Positions 10,460 to 20,309 of a DNA stretch of 64,000 nucleotides are shown piece by piece. The notes beneath the pieces are model-generated. The model was not told the origin of the DNA. It did not search any database and saw nothing but the letters and a program-made list of their open reading frames with translations. The translations under genes were made by a program, and so were the position numbers. Within the stretch, counting starts at the first letter, position 1. Each line of letters opens with the position of its first letter. Source of the DNA: Terriglobia bacterium (GTDB lineage: Bacteria; Acidobacteriota; Terriglobia; 2-12-FULL-54-10); assembly GCA_963666975.2 (NCBI GenBank), contig CAXVYR010000004.1, positions 1,792,001 through 1,856,000 of the forward strand, in the 5' to 3' direction.

Positions 10460-10769
10460 TTTCTGTGCTCCGGTCCTTTTTGGAGATTAGCCTTTGGGGC
10501 CTAGTTCAACGTTCAACGGGCTGCAAACACACCGCGTGACAATCTTCTTAATAACATCAATTGGAAACGGTTACGGAGGGTTTACTTTAACGTAACCACA
10601 AGGGCTTAGCAAGCGTAGATTATGACAAGACTATTCACTCCCTGCGGGGGAGGAAACACCCTGTTTCCTTATGATGTGGGCGCATCTGACCGGGGGACTA
10701 TTGACGCTTGCAAAGGGTAAGGCTTCTCAAGAAGAGTCGGTTTGGAGGCACGGCTTTTACCGATTGCCG

Positions 10770-11321
10770 TTAAAGGGGAGCAACGCTCCCGCCGAGGGGC
10801 CAGGTGGCGGCGCAGCCGGTGGTGTCAGCGGTGGTCTGGGTTCCTAAACTATCTTTCAATATGCTGTGTCTGTGGTCGATACAGAACGTGCTCGTCCCGT
10901 TGACGCCCGCCACGACCGGCGTGGCGACGACTGCAAAGGTGCCATTCTGAGCTGCGAGGGTGGGATTGGAATTGACTACATAGTAGGTAAACCGATAACC
11001 GTTTTTCAGTGGAGTTGGGTTGGCAGGATTGACCCCGGATAAGACAGCGCCCACCAGGTCGGCGCAGCCGGAATTGACGACTGCACAGCCGCCGCTAGGG
11101 GGGCCCAATTGCGCCAAAGTTCCGGCAAAGCCCATACCGTAAGTAGCGACATAAGCCAGGTTCCCTTTGCTCAGCGCTGCCAGCGAATTGGCTGCTGAAG
11201 CTTCGTTGGCGGATGCCTTGGAGCGCAGTAAGCTGGGCACTGCCAAGGCAGCGATAATCAGGATGATGGCCACAACGACCAATAGTTCGATCAGGGAGAA
11301 GCCATTTTGTTTCGTCATCAC
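10770..11321 (-). CDS. Type IV pilin, paralog of 9899-10459
   Basis: GFSLIELLVVVAIILIIAALAVP; colinear and similar to the neighbouring pilin. Confidence 0.9.
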   Translation of the reverse strand: MMTKQNGFSLIELLVVVAIILIIAALAVPSLLRSKASANEASAANSLAALSKGNLAYVATYGMGFAGTLAQLGPPSGGCAVVNSGCADLVGAVLSGVNPANPTPLKNGYRFTYYVVNSNPTLAAQNGTFAVVATPVVAGVNGTSTFCIDHRHSILKDSLGTQTTADTTGCAATWPLGGSVAPL

Positions 11322-11380
11322 GGTTGCTCTGCCCGGCTGAGGGGCTGATCTTTTGCGAATCTTTACCTCAAAGAAGTATT

Positions 11381-11396
11381 AGCAATCCGCATACCG
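11381..11396 (-). promoter_or_regulatory. Putative sigma54 (-24/-12) promoter of the pilin gene
   Basis: Minus strand CGGTATGCGGATTGCT = GG-N10-GC with TTGC at -12, about 60 bp upstream of the pilin start. Confidence 0.6.
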
Positions 11397-11947
11397 CTTT
11401 TGCCTTCTTGCGGCAATCTGCCAACATGAATGATCGGCACTTGCGTCATTTTATTTAGATTGCAAGGACTTAGCAACCCTGTACGGCATGCATGAACATA
11501 ATTACAACACCCCCCTTGCCGAATCTCGGCTTTCCGAAGAATGCCTTTTTTTGTCACTCTGTTTGGACATTTTTTCGCCCTCTGCCTTTCATTTTCTCAT
11601 CTTCTTCTGGGAAACTTCACACCATACTGTGTTCCTGCGTTTATAATTTTCAGGGATTTTCATCGCGATTTCCGGGGCGATTTCCGGAACCAACTCCAGG
11701 CGGCGGCATCAAAAAGCTCCGCCGAACCCTCGCAAGAGCGGTGAATGCAAAAGGGGACGTAATGGGAGGAAGGCGGATTTTACTTGAAAACAGCGATGTA
11801 ATCGAGTATCTGTAACGATTCGCGCCCGGCGGGGACCGGGACTCGGCTGGGCCGGCAAATGGGTCAAGCTATGGAAAGAATCTATGGGTACAATCTGCGA
11901 GTCCGGGGTTGGCGTCTAATCCGGACCAGGAAAAAAAGCCAGGCAGA

Positions 11948-12913
11948 ATGAAGATACGAATTTTTTTTCATGACCGCTGTTTTGACGGGGCAGCTTCGGC
12001 GGCGACCTTTACCCGGCTCTATCAAACCTGCATTGATTCCCAAGCCGAGTTTTTCTACACCGGCCTGGCCCACCGCGCTACCCAACTGTTCGACGAGAAT
12101 CTGTTCGACGGTGAAGAAAACGCCATCGTGGACTTCAAGTACTGCAACTCGCCGCGTCTCACCTGGTGGTTTGATCATCACCAAAGCGCCTTTCTCACGG
12201 AGGAGGACGCCGCCCATTTCCGCAATGACCGCAGCGGCAAGAAATTCTACGATCCGGACTTCCGGTCCTGCACCAAGTTTATTGCCACCGTGGGGCGGGA
12301 AAAATTCGGGTTTGACACCACGGACCTGAATGATTTGATTCACTGGGCTGACGTTGTGGACGGCGCGATGTTCCCGGATGCGGAGACCGCCGTCCAGATG
12401 AAGATGCCGGCGCTGCAACTGGCCCTGGTGATGGAAGCCGGCTCCGAGGACGACCTTCCCCGGTGGCTGATTTCCCAGATGGCCAGCCGGTCGCTGGCCG
12501 AGATCGCAGCGGATAAAAAAATTGCCGGCCAGTTTCAGCCGTTGTTCGAGCGCCACCTCCGCTCGCTCGATTACATCCGCCAGAACGCGCATTGCGATCA
12601 GGGAGTTGTCTTTTTTGATCTCACCGGGCAGAACATGGAGGTCTATAACAAGTTCGGGCCGTACTATCTGTTTCCGGAATGCGTCTACACCGTCAGCATC
12701 TGCCCGTCCAGTTTCCGCGCCAAGATTTCTCTGGGGTCCAATCCCTGGAACCGGGCGGCTGTCCAGCACAACCTTGCCACCATCTGTGAGCGGTATGGCG
12801 GGGGAGGACACCCTCGCGTCGGGGCGATCTCGCTCGAACCCGGAGGGCTGGAACAAGCCCAGAAGATTGCCCGGGAGATCGTAGCGGAATTAAAGACGCC
12901 CCCCTCCTCCTGA
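11948..12913 (+). CDS. DHH/DHHA1 family phosphoesterase
   Basis: HDRCFDG, IVDF, WFDHH, YGGGGH motifs. Confidence 0.88.
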   Translation: MKIRIFFHDRCFDGAASAATFTRLYQTCIDSQAEFFYTGLAHRATQLFDENLFDGEENAIVDFKYCNSPRLTWWFDHHQSAFLTEEDAAHFRNDRSGKKFYDPDFRSCTKFIATVGREKFGFDTTDLNDLIHWADVVDGAMFPDAETAVQMKMPALQLALVMEAGSEDDLPRWLISQMASRSLAEIAADKKIAGQFQPLFERHLRSLDYIRQNAHCDQGVVFFDLTGQNMEVYNKFGPYYLFPECVYTVSICPSSFRAKISLGSNPWNRAAVQHNLATICERYGGGGHPRVGAISLEPGGLEQAQKIAREIVAELKTPPSS

Positions 12914-13142
12914 GACTCCTCCCGCCACGCGCCCTTCCGGCTCGCGTTGAGGGCTGCTCTGGCTTCTGACACATGTCTTCAGTTTTTCCTTGCAGCGTTC
13001 GGGGCGCTGTTCCATCTTTAGAATTTGCCAGCGCTTTTGGCGCGGCGAATCAACAAGAGTCCGGCGGCATGACAAGCCAGCCCGGCCACGACGCTGCCGG
13101 GCCGGGAGCCATCCGGCTTGAATACAAGATTGGGGTGGAAGG

Positions 13143-13646
13143 ATGCCGTTAGAAGACCAACCAACAGTACGACCAACAGTACGGTTGATACCCAGCACCA
13201 ACCTTTGTTACGTCTGCGGCCCTGACAACGCCGCAGGATTGCATGTTCAGTTCGTTGCCGACGGCGACCACGGCAGCCGTGCCTCCTACACGGCCCGCGC
13301 CGAGCATGACGGATGGCCCGGACTGCTGCATGGCGGCGTGACGTTTGCCCTCATGGACGAGGCCATGGCCTGGGCACTCCATTTCCAGGGGCTGTTCGGC
13401 GTCACCGCGCGCGTCGAGACGCGGTTCCGGCAGCCGGTTCGGGCGGGAACGGAATTGACGATCCGGGCATGGACGCTGGGCCGGCGCCGGCGGCTCATCG
13501 ATGCCCGCGCGGAAATACGCATTGACTCCGAACAGAAGCCGTTGGTGGCCGAAGCCGACGCCACCATGTATCTGCAAAAGCCGGCGGAGAGCCAGGACCA
13601 AGGGAAACCTAACCAGGAAAACCTAACCAATGAAAAGGACGCTTGA
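13143..13646 (+). CDS. PaaI family thioesterase
   Basis: CYVCGPDNAAGL, GWPGLLHGG...MDEAM hotdog-fold motif. Confidence 0.88.
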   Translation: MPLEDQPTVRPTVRLIPSTNLCYVCGPDNAAGLHVQFVADGDHGSRASYTARAEHDGWPGLLHGGVTFALMDEAMAWALHFQGLFGVTARVETRFRQPVRAGTELTIRAWTLGRRRRLIDARAEIRIDSEQKPLVAEADATMYLQKPAESQDQGKPNQENLTNEKDA

Positions 13647-14368
13647 AACGCATCCCTCGAATAGAACCTGACAGCCGCATGGAACCTGACAGCATACGCC
13701 ATCACTTCAAAGCGCAAGTCCCGGACTACCCAGGCCTGATGAAACGGCTGGTGCCGTTCTTTGACGAGCAACGGGAAATCCTGCTCGGTCTCATTCCTTT
13801 CGACCGGGAAACACCCCTTCGCGTACTCGACCTGGGATGCGGGCCGGGTCTGCTGGCTGCGCGCCTGCTGTCGGAATACAAACGCGCGGAGTTGACGGCC
13901 TTCGATCTGACGCAGGAAATGCTCGACTCCTGCCGCTCCCGACTTTTGGGAGTCGATCGGGTGAGTTACCAACTGGGAGATTTCCGCTCCGACGATCTTG
14001 GCGAGAACTTCGACCTCGACCTTATCGTTGCTGCGCTCTCCCTGCATCACATGGAACTGGAGGAACGCTACGGTTTTTTCCAGCGTGCATACCGCAGCTT
14101 GAAGCCCGGCGGAGTCTTCCTCGCCTCCGAGGTGATTGTCGACGAATCGACAACAGTGCGAGAGCAGCAGTATCAGTTGTGGCGTGAATTCATGGAGCGG
14201 AACGGAGAAGACAGCGCCGCATGGTACCGCAGGCACTGCGAAAAGGACCACCCGGCGACGATTTCCTTTTTGGTGGCAACGCTCTCTAAAACGGGTTTTC
14301 AGGCTCCAGGCTGTTTCTGGCGCTACCTGAACTTTGCCATTCTCCGCGCCCGCAAGCCCGCCGCCTGA
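13643..14368 (+). CDS. Class I SAM-dependent methyltransferase
   Basis: VLDLGCGPG, LSLHH, LKPGGVF; start may be ATG 13679. Confidence 0.9.
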   Translation: MKRIPRIEPDSRMEPDSIRHHFKAQVPDYPGLMKRLVPFFDEQREILLGLIPFDRETPLRVLDLGCGPGLLAARLLSEYKRAELTAFDLTQEMLDSCRSRLLGVDRVSYQLGDFRSDDLGENFDLDLIVAALSLHHMELEERYGFFQRAYRSLKPGGVFLASEVIVDESTTVREQQYQLWREFMERNGEDSAAWYRRHCEKDHPATISFLVATLSKTGFQAPGCFWRYLNFAILRARKPAA

Positions 14369-14404
14369 TAATCGGTGGATGATCTTACCCCTTAGATTTC
14401 GACA

Positions 14405-14483
14405 TTCTAACCCCTTGTTGGAGTGGCTCCGTCCCGTGCGGTTTCGTGTTACGCTGCACGGGAACGGGTTCTGTTGCGGGTCA
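14405..14483 (+). repeat. Degenerate attC-like site A
   Basis: TTCTAAC + CCCTTGTTGGAGTGG left arm; internal 45 bp similar to 15253-15296. Confidence 0.4.
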
Positions 14484-14535
14484 GCCGGAACAAGACATGA
14501 GCAAGAATCGCACCGCTCGAAAGGAGGGTCAACCC

Positions 14536-15015
14536 ATGCGAATCATCTGGATTGTGCTGACAATGATCGTACTGGCAACCCTGCTGGCGGGAACCGCCAC
14601 GCTCCATGCACAGCAATTGGACAAAGAAAATGATAATAATGACGCCATCTTCATGAGCGGTTACAGCGCGGGCATGGTTGCCATGTACGAGTCGCAGATA
14701 TCGGACGCTTTCCTGGGCTGGTCCGTTCTGAAAGACGTGAAAGGGACTGCTCCCTACCGGAAGATACTTGCCAGCCAAATGAACACCGCGTTGCTTGCGC
14801 TCGCCCATGCGGTGGGTGAGGTAAAACAAAAGCCCGAGATGCTGAAGCTGCTGGAGCGCATGGCCTCAGCCGACCGAAAGGAGTTCTACCAAAAGCTGAA
14901 AGACGCCAGGCAGCAGAATGGCTGGTTGCTGACGAACCCCGAAAACGAGCAGAAAGTGCAATGGGTGATTGACCAGCACCTCCAGTACGGCAATGTCTAC
15001 GGCTTCCAGTTCTAA
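14536..15015 (+). CDS. Hypothetical secreted protein
   Basis: AAGGAGG RBS; signal peptide MRIIWIVLTMIVLATLLAGTATLHA. Confidence 0.75.
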   Translation: MRIIWIVLTMIVLATLLAGTATLHAQQLDKENDNNDAIFMSGYSAGMVAMYESQISDAFLGWSVLKDVKGTAPYRKILASQMNTALLALAHAVGEVKQKPEMLKLLERMASADRKEFYQKLKDARQQNGWLLTNPENEQKVQWVIDQHLQYGNVYGFQF

Positions 15016-15143
15016 AGGGGTGGGCACCTATGCGGGACAGCTGAACAAGAGCGGGCCGTGGGCTTTGCTCTAGCGTTTGTGGCCGCTTGCTGATCCCTCG
15101 GCTTCGCTCGGGACAGGCGCGCACGGCTCGGATTGGATTTACG

Positions 15144-15184
15144 AACCCACGGCAAATTGAAACTGCCAAATTGCCGTGGCTACC
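15144..15184. repeat. GTAG-type REP-like palindrome
   Basis: AACCCACGGCAAATTG..CAAATTGCCGTGGCTACC; related copies at 17552, 59297, 63331 and 63383. Confidence 0.75.
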
Positions 15185-15209
15185 AGATGGGACCAAGATT
15201 GACTGTACC

Positions 15210-15296
15210 GCATAACACGGCCTTGCATCCGCCCGCGCGACTGCTCCCAGTAGCGATTCCGTGTTACGCTTCCGGCACGGGCTCTGCCGCGGGACA
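15210..15296 (+). repeat. Degenerate attC-like site B
   Basis: GCATAAC + ACGGCCTTGCATCCG left arm, CCCGCG/CGCGGG stem, internal sequence shared with site A. Confidence 0.4.
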
Positions 15297-15373
15297 TCAT
15301 AAATACTATTCGGGGACGGACGAATATGAATGTCACATCTCCAGGCACCGCTTCCTGGCGAGGTGACATGCAT

Positions 15374-15661
15374 ATGGACCGGCTGATCACCAAGAACAAC
15401 TCAGCAACGCTTCGTGTCGAGGCCGGCCAGTTGGTGCTTGACGGGCCTCGCGGACGTCACTTTGTATTGCCCAAGGCGGAAGTCACCGAGGTTCGGCAGG
15501 CGGTAGCCAGATTCTGGAGATGGTCCTGGCCGGTTTCCAATGGCATCCGCATCTGTCACTCGGTTTCCGGAGTGCCCGAGAAGCTGGTTTTCCGCTCCCG
15601 CGACGCCTCTGCCGGGCAGATGCTCGAAAAGCTGAAGGCATGGGAGTATTCTGTGCCCTGA
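15374..15661 (+). CDS. Hypothetical protein
   Basis: GAGGTGA RBS 7 nt before ATG; 95 aa, beta-rich. Confidence 0.55.
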   Translation: MDRLITKNNSATLRVEAGQLVLDGPRGRHFVLPKAEVTEVRQAVARFWRWSWPVSNGIRICHSVSGVPEKLVFRSRDASAGQMLEKLKAWEYSVP

Positions 15662-15998
15662 CAGGATACATAATCCATAAAAACGGTCTGGACTACAACA
15701 TCAAGCAACGGTCGTGCCGGGCGGAACGCTCGCAGCGGTCAGATTGTCGGGGAGCGCCGCCGCAGGAGGGGCGGGCTTACTGCGGAAAGTTCATGCGGCG
15801 GAGCAGGCTTTGGTAGCGAGGGTCTGAGCGGACGTTATCGAAAAACAGCTCCATTTTGCGGAACAAGCTAGAAAGACTCGTCCGGAGCGCATTGGTGATT
15901 TTGAAGCGCGGTTGAATCGGCCCAGTCCCAGCCGTATACTATCTGCCCAAAACACTTCAGTCTGAATTCCACAAAGAGATTTCATCAATGGAGGATAA

Positions 15999-16628
15999 AT
16001 GGATAAATGGATGATTCGCGGCGTCGAGTACGCAAACTGCAATTGCAACTATGGCTGTCCGTGCCAGTTCAGCGCTCCCACCACGTACGGCCATTGCGAG
16101 GCCTTAGCCGGCGGGCACATCGAAGAGGGATATTTCAATGACGTTCGCCTCGACGGCCTGAACTGGGCGTTGACCCTGTATTGGCCCGGAGAAATTGCCG
16201 CAGGCAACGGGACGCAGCAGGCGATTGTTGACGAGCGCGCCAATGATGCCCAGAGGGAGGCGCTGCGCAAGATCCTCCATGGCGAATCCACCGCGCCGGG
16301 CGCAACCCATTTCTTTGTCTATAACAGCACGATGTCCAAGGTGCTCCCGACACTCTTCAAGCCCGTCGAGGTCAAAATCGATGTCGAGGCGCGCCAGGCT
16401 ACCCTCCAGGTGCCGGGGCTCATTGAGTCCAAGGGCGTTCCCATCATCCATCCAATCACTGGGAAAGCCCACCGGGCGCGCATCAACCTGCCCGACGGCT
16501 TTGAGTACACCGTCGCGGAAATGGCCAGCGGAACCTCCAAGACCTCCGGGGAGATCAAGCTCAATCTGAACGGCAGCTATGGACAGTTCAACATCCTGCA
16601 CATGAATCAGGACGGGGTGATTCGGTAA
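15999..16628 (+). CDS. DUF1326 domain protein
   Basis: N-terminal ANCNCNYGCPCQF..PTYGHC, DERANDAQREAL motifs; GGAGG RBS. Confidence 0.88.
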   Translation: MDKWMIRGVEYANCNCNYGCPCQFSAPTTYGHCEALAGGHIEEGYFNDVRLDGLNWALTLYWPGEIAAGNGTQQAIVDERANDAQREALRKILHGESTAPGATHFFVYNSTMSKVLPTLFKPVEVKIDVEARQATLQVPGLIESKGVPIIHPITGKAHRARINLPDGFEYTVAEMASGTSKTSGEIKLNLNGSYGQFNILHMNQDGVIR

Positions 16629-16632
16629 GACC

Positions 16633-17457
16633 ATGCCCGCCTCACTGCGCGGACCTGCGGCGGTTTTCCTCCCGCGCCGCGACCGCATTGCGATATGGAC
16701 GGGACTGCTCGGCGTCGCCGCCGTGTCGTGGCTGTACTTGCTTCGGCTGGCGGCGTCCATGCAGTCTATGGCGGATTCTATGCCGGAATCCATGCCGGGA
16801 ACCATGCCCGTCGATCCGGCGCTCCTCCTCCAAATCAAACCCTGGACCGCAGCGGACTTTTCGCTGATGTTCCTCATGTGGGCGGTCATGATGGTGGGCA
16901 TGATGGCGCCATCGGCTATCCCCATGACCCTCATCTACGCCGCCATCGCCCGCAAAGCGGCGGGCCAGGGAACTTCTCTGGCGCCGTCGGCGGTGTTTGT
17001 TTCCGGATACATTTTCATGTGGACGCTGTTCAGCGTCAGCGCCACATTCGCTCAATGGGCGCTGGAGCAGGCGTCGCTGCTCTCTCCCATGATGGTGACG
17101 ACCAGTCCGCTGCTGGGAGCAGCGTTGCTGACCGCTGCCGGAGTTTATCAGTTGACGCCCGCCAAAAACGCCTGCCTGGAGCATTGCCGCGCTCCCGCGC
17201 AGTTCATCTCAAATCACTGGCGGCAGGGGACGTGGGGCGCGTTCCGTATGGGAATACACCATGGCGCGTACTGCCTGGGCTGCTGCTGGGCCTTGATGAT
17301 CCTGCTGTTTTTCGGCGGCGTCATGAATTTAGTTTGGATCGCGGGAATCGCCCTATTCGTGCTGCTGGAAAAAGTGATCCCGTTCGGGGTTCTGGGTGGC
17401 CGCTTGGCGGGTGCCGGGATGATTTTGGCTGGGCTGGCGCTGCTCGTTTCACTGTGA
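16633..17457 (+). CDS. DUF2182 predicted metal-binding membrane protein
   Basis: MWAVMMVGMMAPS, YQLTPAKNACLEHCR, YCLGCCWALM, LLEK motifs. Confidence 0.9.
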   Translation: MPASLRGPAAVFLPRRDRIAIWTGLLGVAAVSWLYLLRLAASMQSMADSMPESMPGTMPVDPALLLQIKPWTAADFSLMFLMWAVMMVGMMAPSAIPMTLIYAAIARKAAGQGTSLAPSAVFVSGYIFMWTLFSVSATFAQWALEQASLLSPMMVTTSPLLGAALLTAAGVYQLTPAKNACLEHCRAPAQFISNHWRQGTWGAFRMGIHHGAYCLGCCWALMILLFFGGVMNLVWIAGIALFVLLEKVIPFGVLGGRLAGAGMILAGLALLVSL

Positions 17458-17551
17458 GCAAACAGCGGGTGAGCAAGCCACGGCGAAGGGTTTATTTCGC
17501 CGCCCTGCGGCCCAGAGCGGGCCGTGGGTCTTTTACTTCCCTGATTTTACA

Positions 17552-17592
17552 AACCCACGGCAAATTGGAGCTGCCAATTTATCGTGGCTACC
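17552..17592. repeat. GTAG-type REP-like palindrome
   Basis: AACCCACGGCAAATTGG..CCAATTTATCGTGGCTACC. Confidence 0.7.
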
Positions 17593-17611
17593 CAGGAAGA
17601 AACGATTTCTT

Positions 17612-17662
17612 CTACTCGCTGAGCTTCAGCACCGCTGAAAAAGCCTCCTGGGGAGTATCGAC
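17612..17662 (-). repeat. Displaced, degenerate copy of the lepA 3' end (att-like direct repeat)
   Basis: Reads VDTPQEAFSAVLKLSE* versus true LepA end [16 protein letters not shown] at 18248-18298. Confidence 0.85.
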
Positions 17663-17671
17663 CCACACCGG

Positions 17672-17941
17672 TTAATACGTTGCGGATGTCCGGCGCTCCA
17701 CGCGATATACATACACGACTTTCTCGCCCGCGACAACCTCGTAGAAGATTCGATAGTCGCCGACTCTGCGTCGCCACACATCTTCCTGGCCTTGCATTTT
17801 CGCAACGTCGCCGAAATACGGGTTCGCCGCCAAATCGGTTATGGCGGAGGAAATTCGTTCTGCATCCCTCTTGGGAATTCTTCGGAGCTGCTTCGGAACG
17901 TCCCGGTCAACGAGTACGGTCCAGGGTGCGGTGGAGTTCAT
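17672..17941 (-). CDS. Type II TA toxin, RelE/ParE family
   Basis: KQLRRIP..RI...NP...WRRRVGDYRIFYEV...VERR. Confidence 0.88.
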   Translation of the reverse strand: MNSTAPWTVLVDRDVPKQLRRIPKRDAERISSAITDLAANPYFGDVAKMQGQEDVWRRRVGDYRIFYEVVAGEKVVYVYRVERRTSATY

Positions 17942-18137
17942 GAAGTGTGAGATGGCTCCCGCGAACGCGGTTTTTTCTTGCCTTGGCGAGCGCCTTTTTC
18001 TCTGCGGCAGTGGGGACGAACGTTTTCCGAGACTTCAGTTTTTTCTGCCATGCGACAAATTGCTCGAAGGCCTCGCGGGGGACCGCCACCAGGTCTTTGC
18101 GCTCGGCGAATTCTTTCGGGATGGTGAGGGTTGCCAT
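17907..18137 (-). CDS. Putative antitoxin of the RelE-type toxin
   Basis: 76-aa ORF MATLTIPKEF...DLVAVPR upstream of and overlapping the toxin. Confidence 0.75.
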   Translation of the reverse strand: MATLTIPKEFAERKDLVAVPREAFEQFVAWQKKLKSRKTFVPTAAEKKALAKARKNRVRGSHLTLHELHRTLDRTR

Positions 18138-18247
18138 GCGTTTACTATAGCACACAGCGTTCCGCTTGCTGATACCTCAGCTTCGCTCGGGACAGGCGCG
18201 CGCAGGATGTCCGCTCCATTACTGTCGCGGCTCGGAAACAATCCCTT

Positions 18248-20047
18248 TCACTCGCTGAGCTTCAGCACCGCCAGGAACGCTTCCTGGGGAATATCGACGC
18301 GCCCGACGCGCTTCATCCGCTTTTTGCCTTCCTTCTGTTTTTCCAGAAGTTTCCGTTTGCGGGAGATGTCGCCGCCGTAGCACTTGGCGATGACGTTTTT
18401 CCGTATGGCGGAGACGGTTTCCCGCGAGACGATCTTGCTGCCGATGGCGGCCTGCAAGCTGACCTCAAACATCTGCCGGGGGATCAGTTTTCGCAGCTTC
18501 GCGACCAGCGCCTTGCCGCGCGGATGCGCATGGTCCCGGTGCACAATGGTGCTGAGGGCGTCCACCGGATCGCCGGCCACCATGATGTCCAGCTTCACCA
18601 TCGGCGACTCCTGGTAGCCTTCCATGTGGTAGTCGAGCGATGCATATCCCCGGGAGGTGGTCTTCAGGCGGTCGTAAAAATCGAGCACCATTTCGTTCAG
18701 CGGCAGGATATAGGTCAGCACCACGCGGTTGGACGACAGGTACTCGAACGACTTCTGCACGCCGCGTTTTTCTTCGAGCAACGCCAAAATGCCGCCCAGG
18801 CTGTCATCGCGCGTCAGAATGGTGGCGGTGAGGATGGGCTCCTCCACGCGGGCGATCTCAACCGACGAAGGGAACCGCGCGGGGTTGTCCACCTCAATCA
18901 CCTCGCCGTCGGTCCGCGTCACCCGGTAGCGGACGCCCGGCGCGGTGGTGATCAGGCTCAGGTTGAACTCGCGCTCCAGGCGCTCCTGGACAATCTCCAT
19001 GTGCAGCATGCCGAGGAAGCCGCAGCGGAAGCCGAAGCCGAGCGCGACGGAACTCTCCGGCTCGTAGGATAAAGAGGAGTCGTTCAGGCGGAGTTTTTCC
19101 AGCGCATCGCGCAACGGCCCTTGATGGTCGGCGTCGGTCGGGTAGAGCCCGGCAAAGACCATCGGCTTGATCGCCTCGAAGCCGGCCAGCGGCTCGGTGG
19201 CGGGCCGCGCGTCCTCCGTAACGGTGTCGCCGATCTGCGTGTCGGAAACCTTCTTAATGTTGGCGACCAGATAGCCCACCTCGCCGGGCCCCAGCTCGCG
19301 GACAACCACGGGCTTGGGCGTGGAGATGCCCAGCGTCTCGGCGGTATAGACCTGGTTGTTGGACCACAGGCGGATGCGCATGCCTTGCCGCAGCGTGCCC
19401 TCGCGAACCCGCACCAGCACGATGACCCCGCGGTAGGGATCAAACCAGGAATCAAACAGCAGGGCTCGCAGAGGCGCGTCAGGAGAACCACCCGGCGGCG
19501 GAATGCGCTGCACGATAGCTTCCAGCAGCTCCTCGATTCCCTTTCCCTGTTTCGCGCTCACCAGCAAGGCGTTGTGCGCCTCCAGGCCGATGGCGCTTTC
19601 AATCTGCTGAATCACGCCTTCCGGATCGGCGCCGGGCAGATCGATTTTGTTGATGACGGGGATGATCTCGTGGTTGTGGTCCAGCGCCAGGTAGGTGTTG
19701 GCCAGCGTCTGCGCCTCCACGCCTTGCGAGGCGTCCACCACCAGCAGCGTTCCCTCGCAGGCGGCCAGGCTGCGCGAGACCTCGTAGGAAAAGTCCACGT
19801 GGCCGGGCGTGTCAATCAGATTCAGTTGGTATGTCTTCCCATCCCGCGCCTTGTAGAGAATCCGCACGGCATGGGCCTTGATGGTGATGCCGCGCTCCCG
19901 CTCGAGGTCCATGTCGTCGAGCACTTGGGCGCGAAGTTCCCGCACGCTCAAAGCGCCGGTCACCTCCAGCAGGCGGTCGGCGAGGGTGGACTTGCCGTGG
20001 TCGATGTGGGCCACGATGGAAAAGTTGCGGATGAATTTGGTGTCCAT
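18248..20047 (-). CDS. lepA: Translation elongation factor 4 (LepA)
   Basis: [62 protein letters not shown]. Confidence 0.98.
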   Translation of the reverse strand: MDTKFIRNFSIVAHIDHGKSTLADRLLEVTGALSVRELRAQVLDDMDLERERGITIKAHAVRILYKARDGKTYQLNLIDTPGHVDFSYEVSRSLAACEGTLLVVDASQGVEAQTLANTYLALDHNHEIIPVINKIDLPGADPEGVIQQIESAIGLEAHNALLVSAKQGKGIEELLEAIVQRIPPPGGSPDAPLRALLFDSWFDPYRGVIVLVRVREGTLRQGMRIRLWSNNQVYTAETLGISTPKPVVVRELGPGEVGYLVANIKKVSDTQIGDTVTEDARPATEPLAGFEAIKPMVFAGLYPTDADHQGPLRDALEKLRLNDSSLSYEPESSVALGFGFRCGFLGMLHMEIVQERLEREFNLSLITTAPGVRYRVTRTDGEVIEVDNPARFPSSVEIARVEEPILTATILTRDDSLGGILALLEEKRGVQKSFEYLSSNRVVLTYILPLNEMVLDFYDRLKTTSRGYASLDYHMEGYQESPMVKLDIMVAGDPVDALSTIVHRDHAHPRGKALVAKLRKLIPRQMFEVSLQAAIGSKIVSRETVSAIRKNVIAKCYGGDISRKRKLLEKQKEGKKRMKRVGRVDIPQEAFLAVLKLSE

Positions 20048-20273
20048 AGCCTGAGCGTACGCAGGTCCGTGAGAACCGCGCGGGGATTCCTCAATTCGAT
20101 TTTGCGAGGAGCGGAAGGATGGGGCTTCCCTCTGCCGGCAATCCAGAACCGGCCGGCAGCAGGCACGATCCGTGCAAATGCGCGTGCCCCGCACCTCTAC
20201 ATCTATCAGACGCCAGGCAGGTTGTCAATTTGGGCGCTGTCTTTGAGAACGGTCTGGGGCATTGGGCCATCCG

Positions 20274-20302
20274 TTGAACTTCCCCGGTGAATCTTCCATA
20301 CT
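20274..20302 (+). promoter_or_regulatory. Putative sigma70 promoter of rnpB
   Basis: TTGAAC-17 nt-CATACT, 7 nt upstream of the RNA 5' end. Confidence 0.55.
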
Positions 20303-20309
20303 GAGTGTG

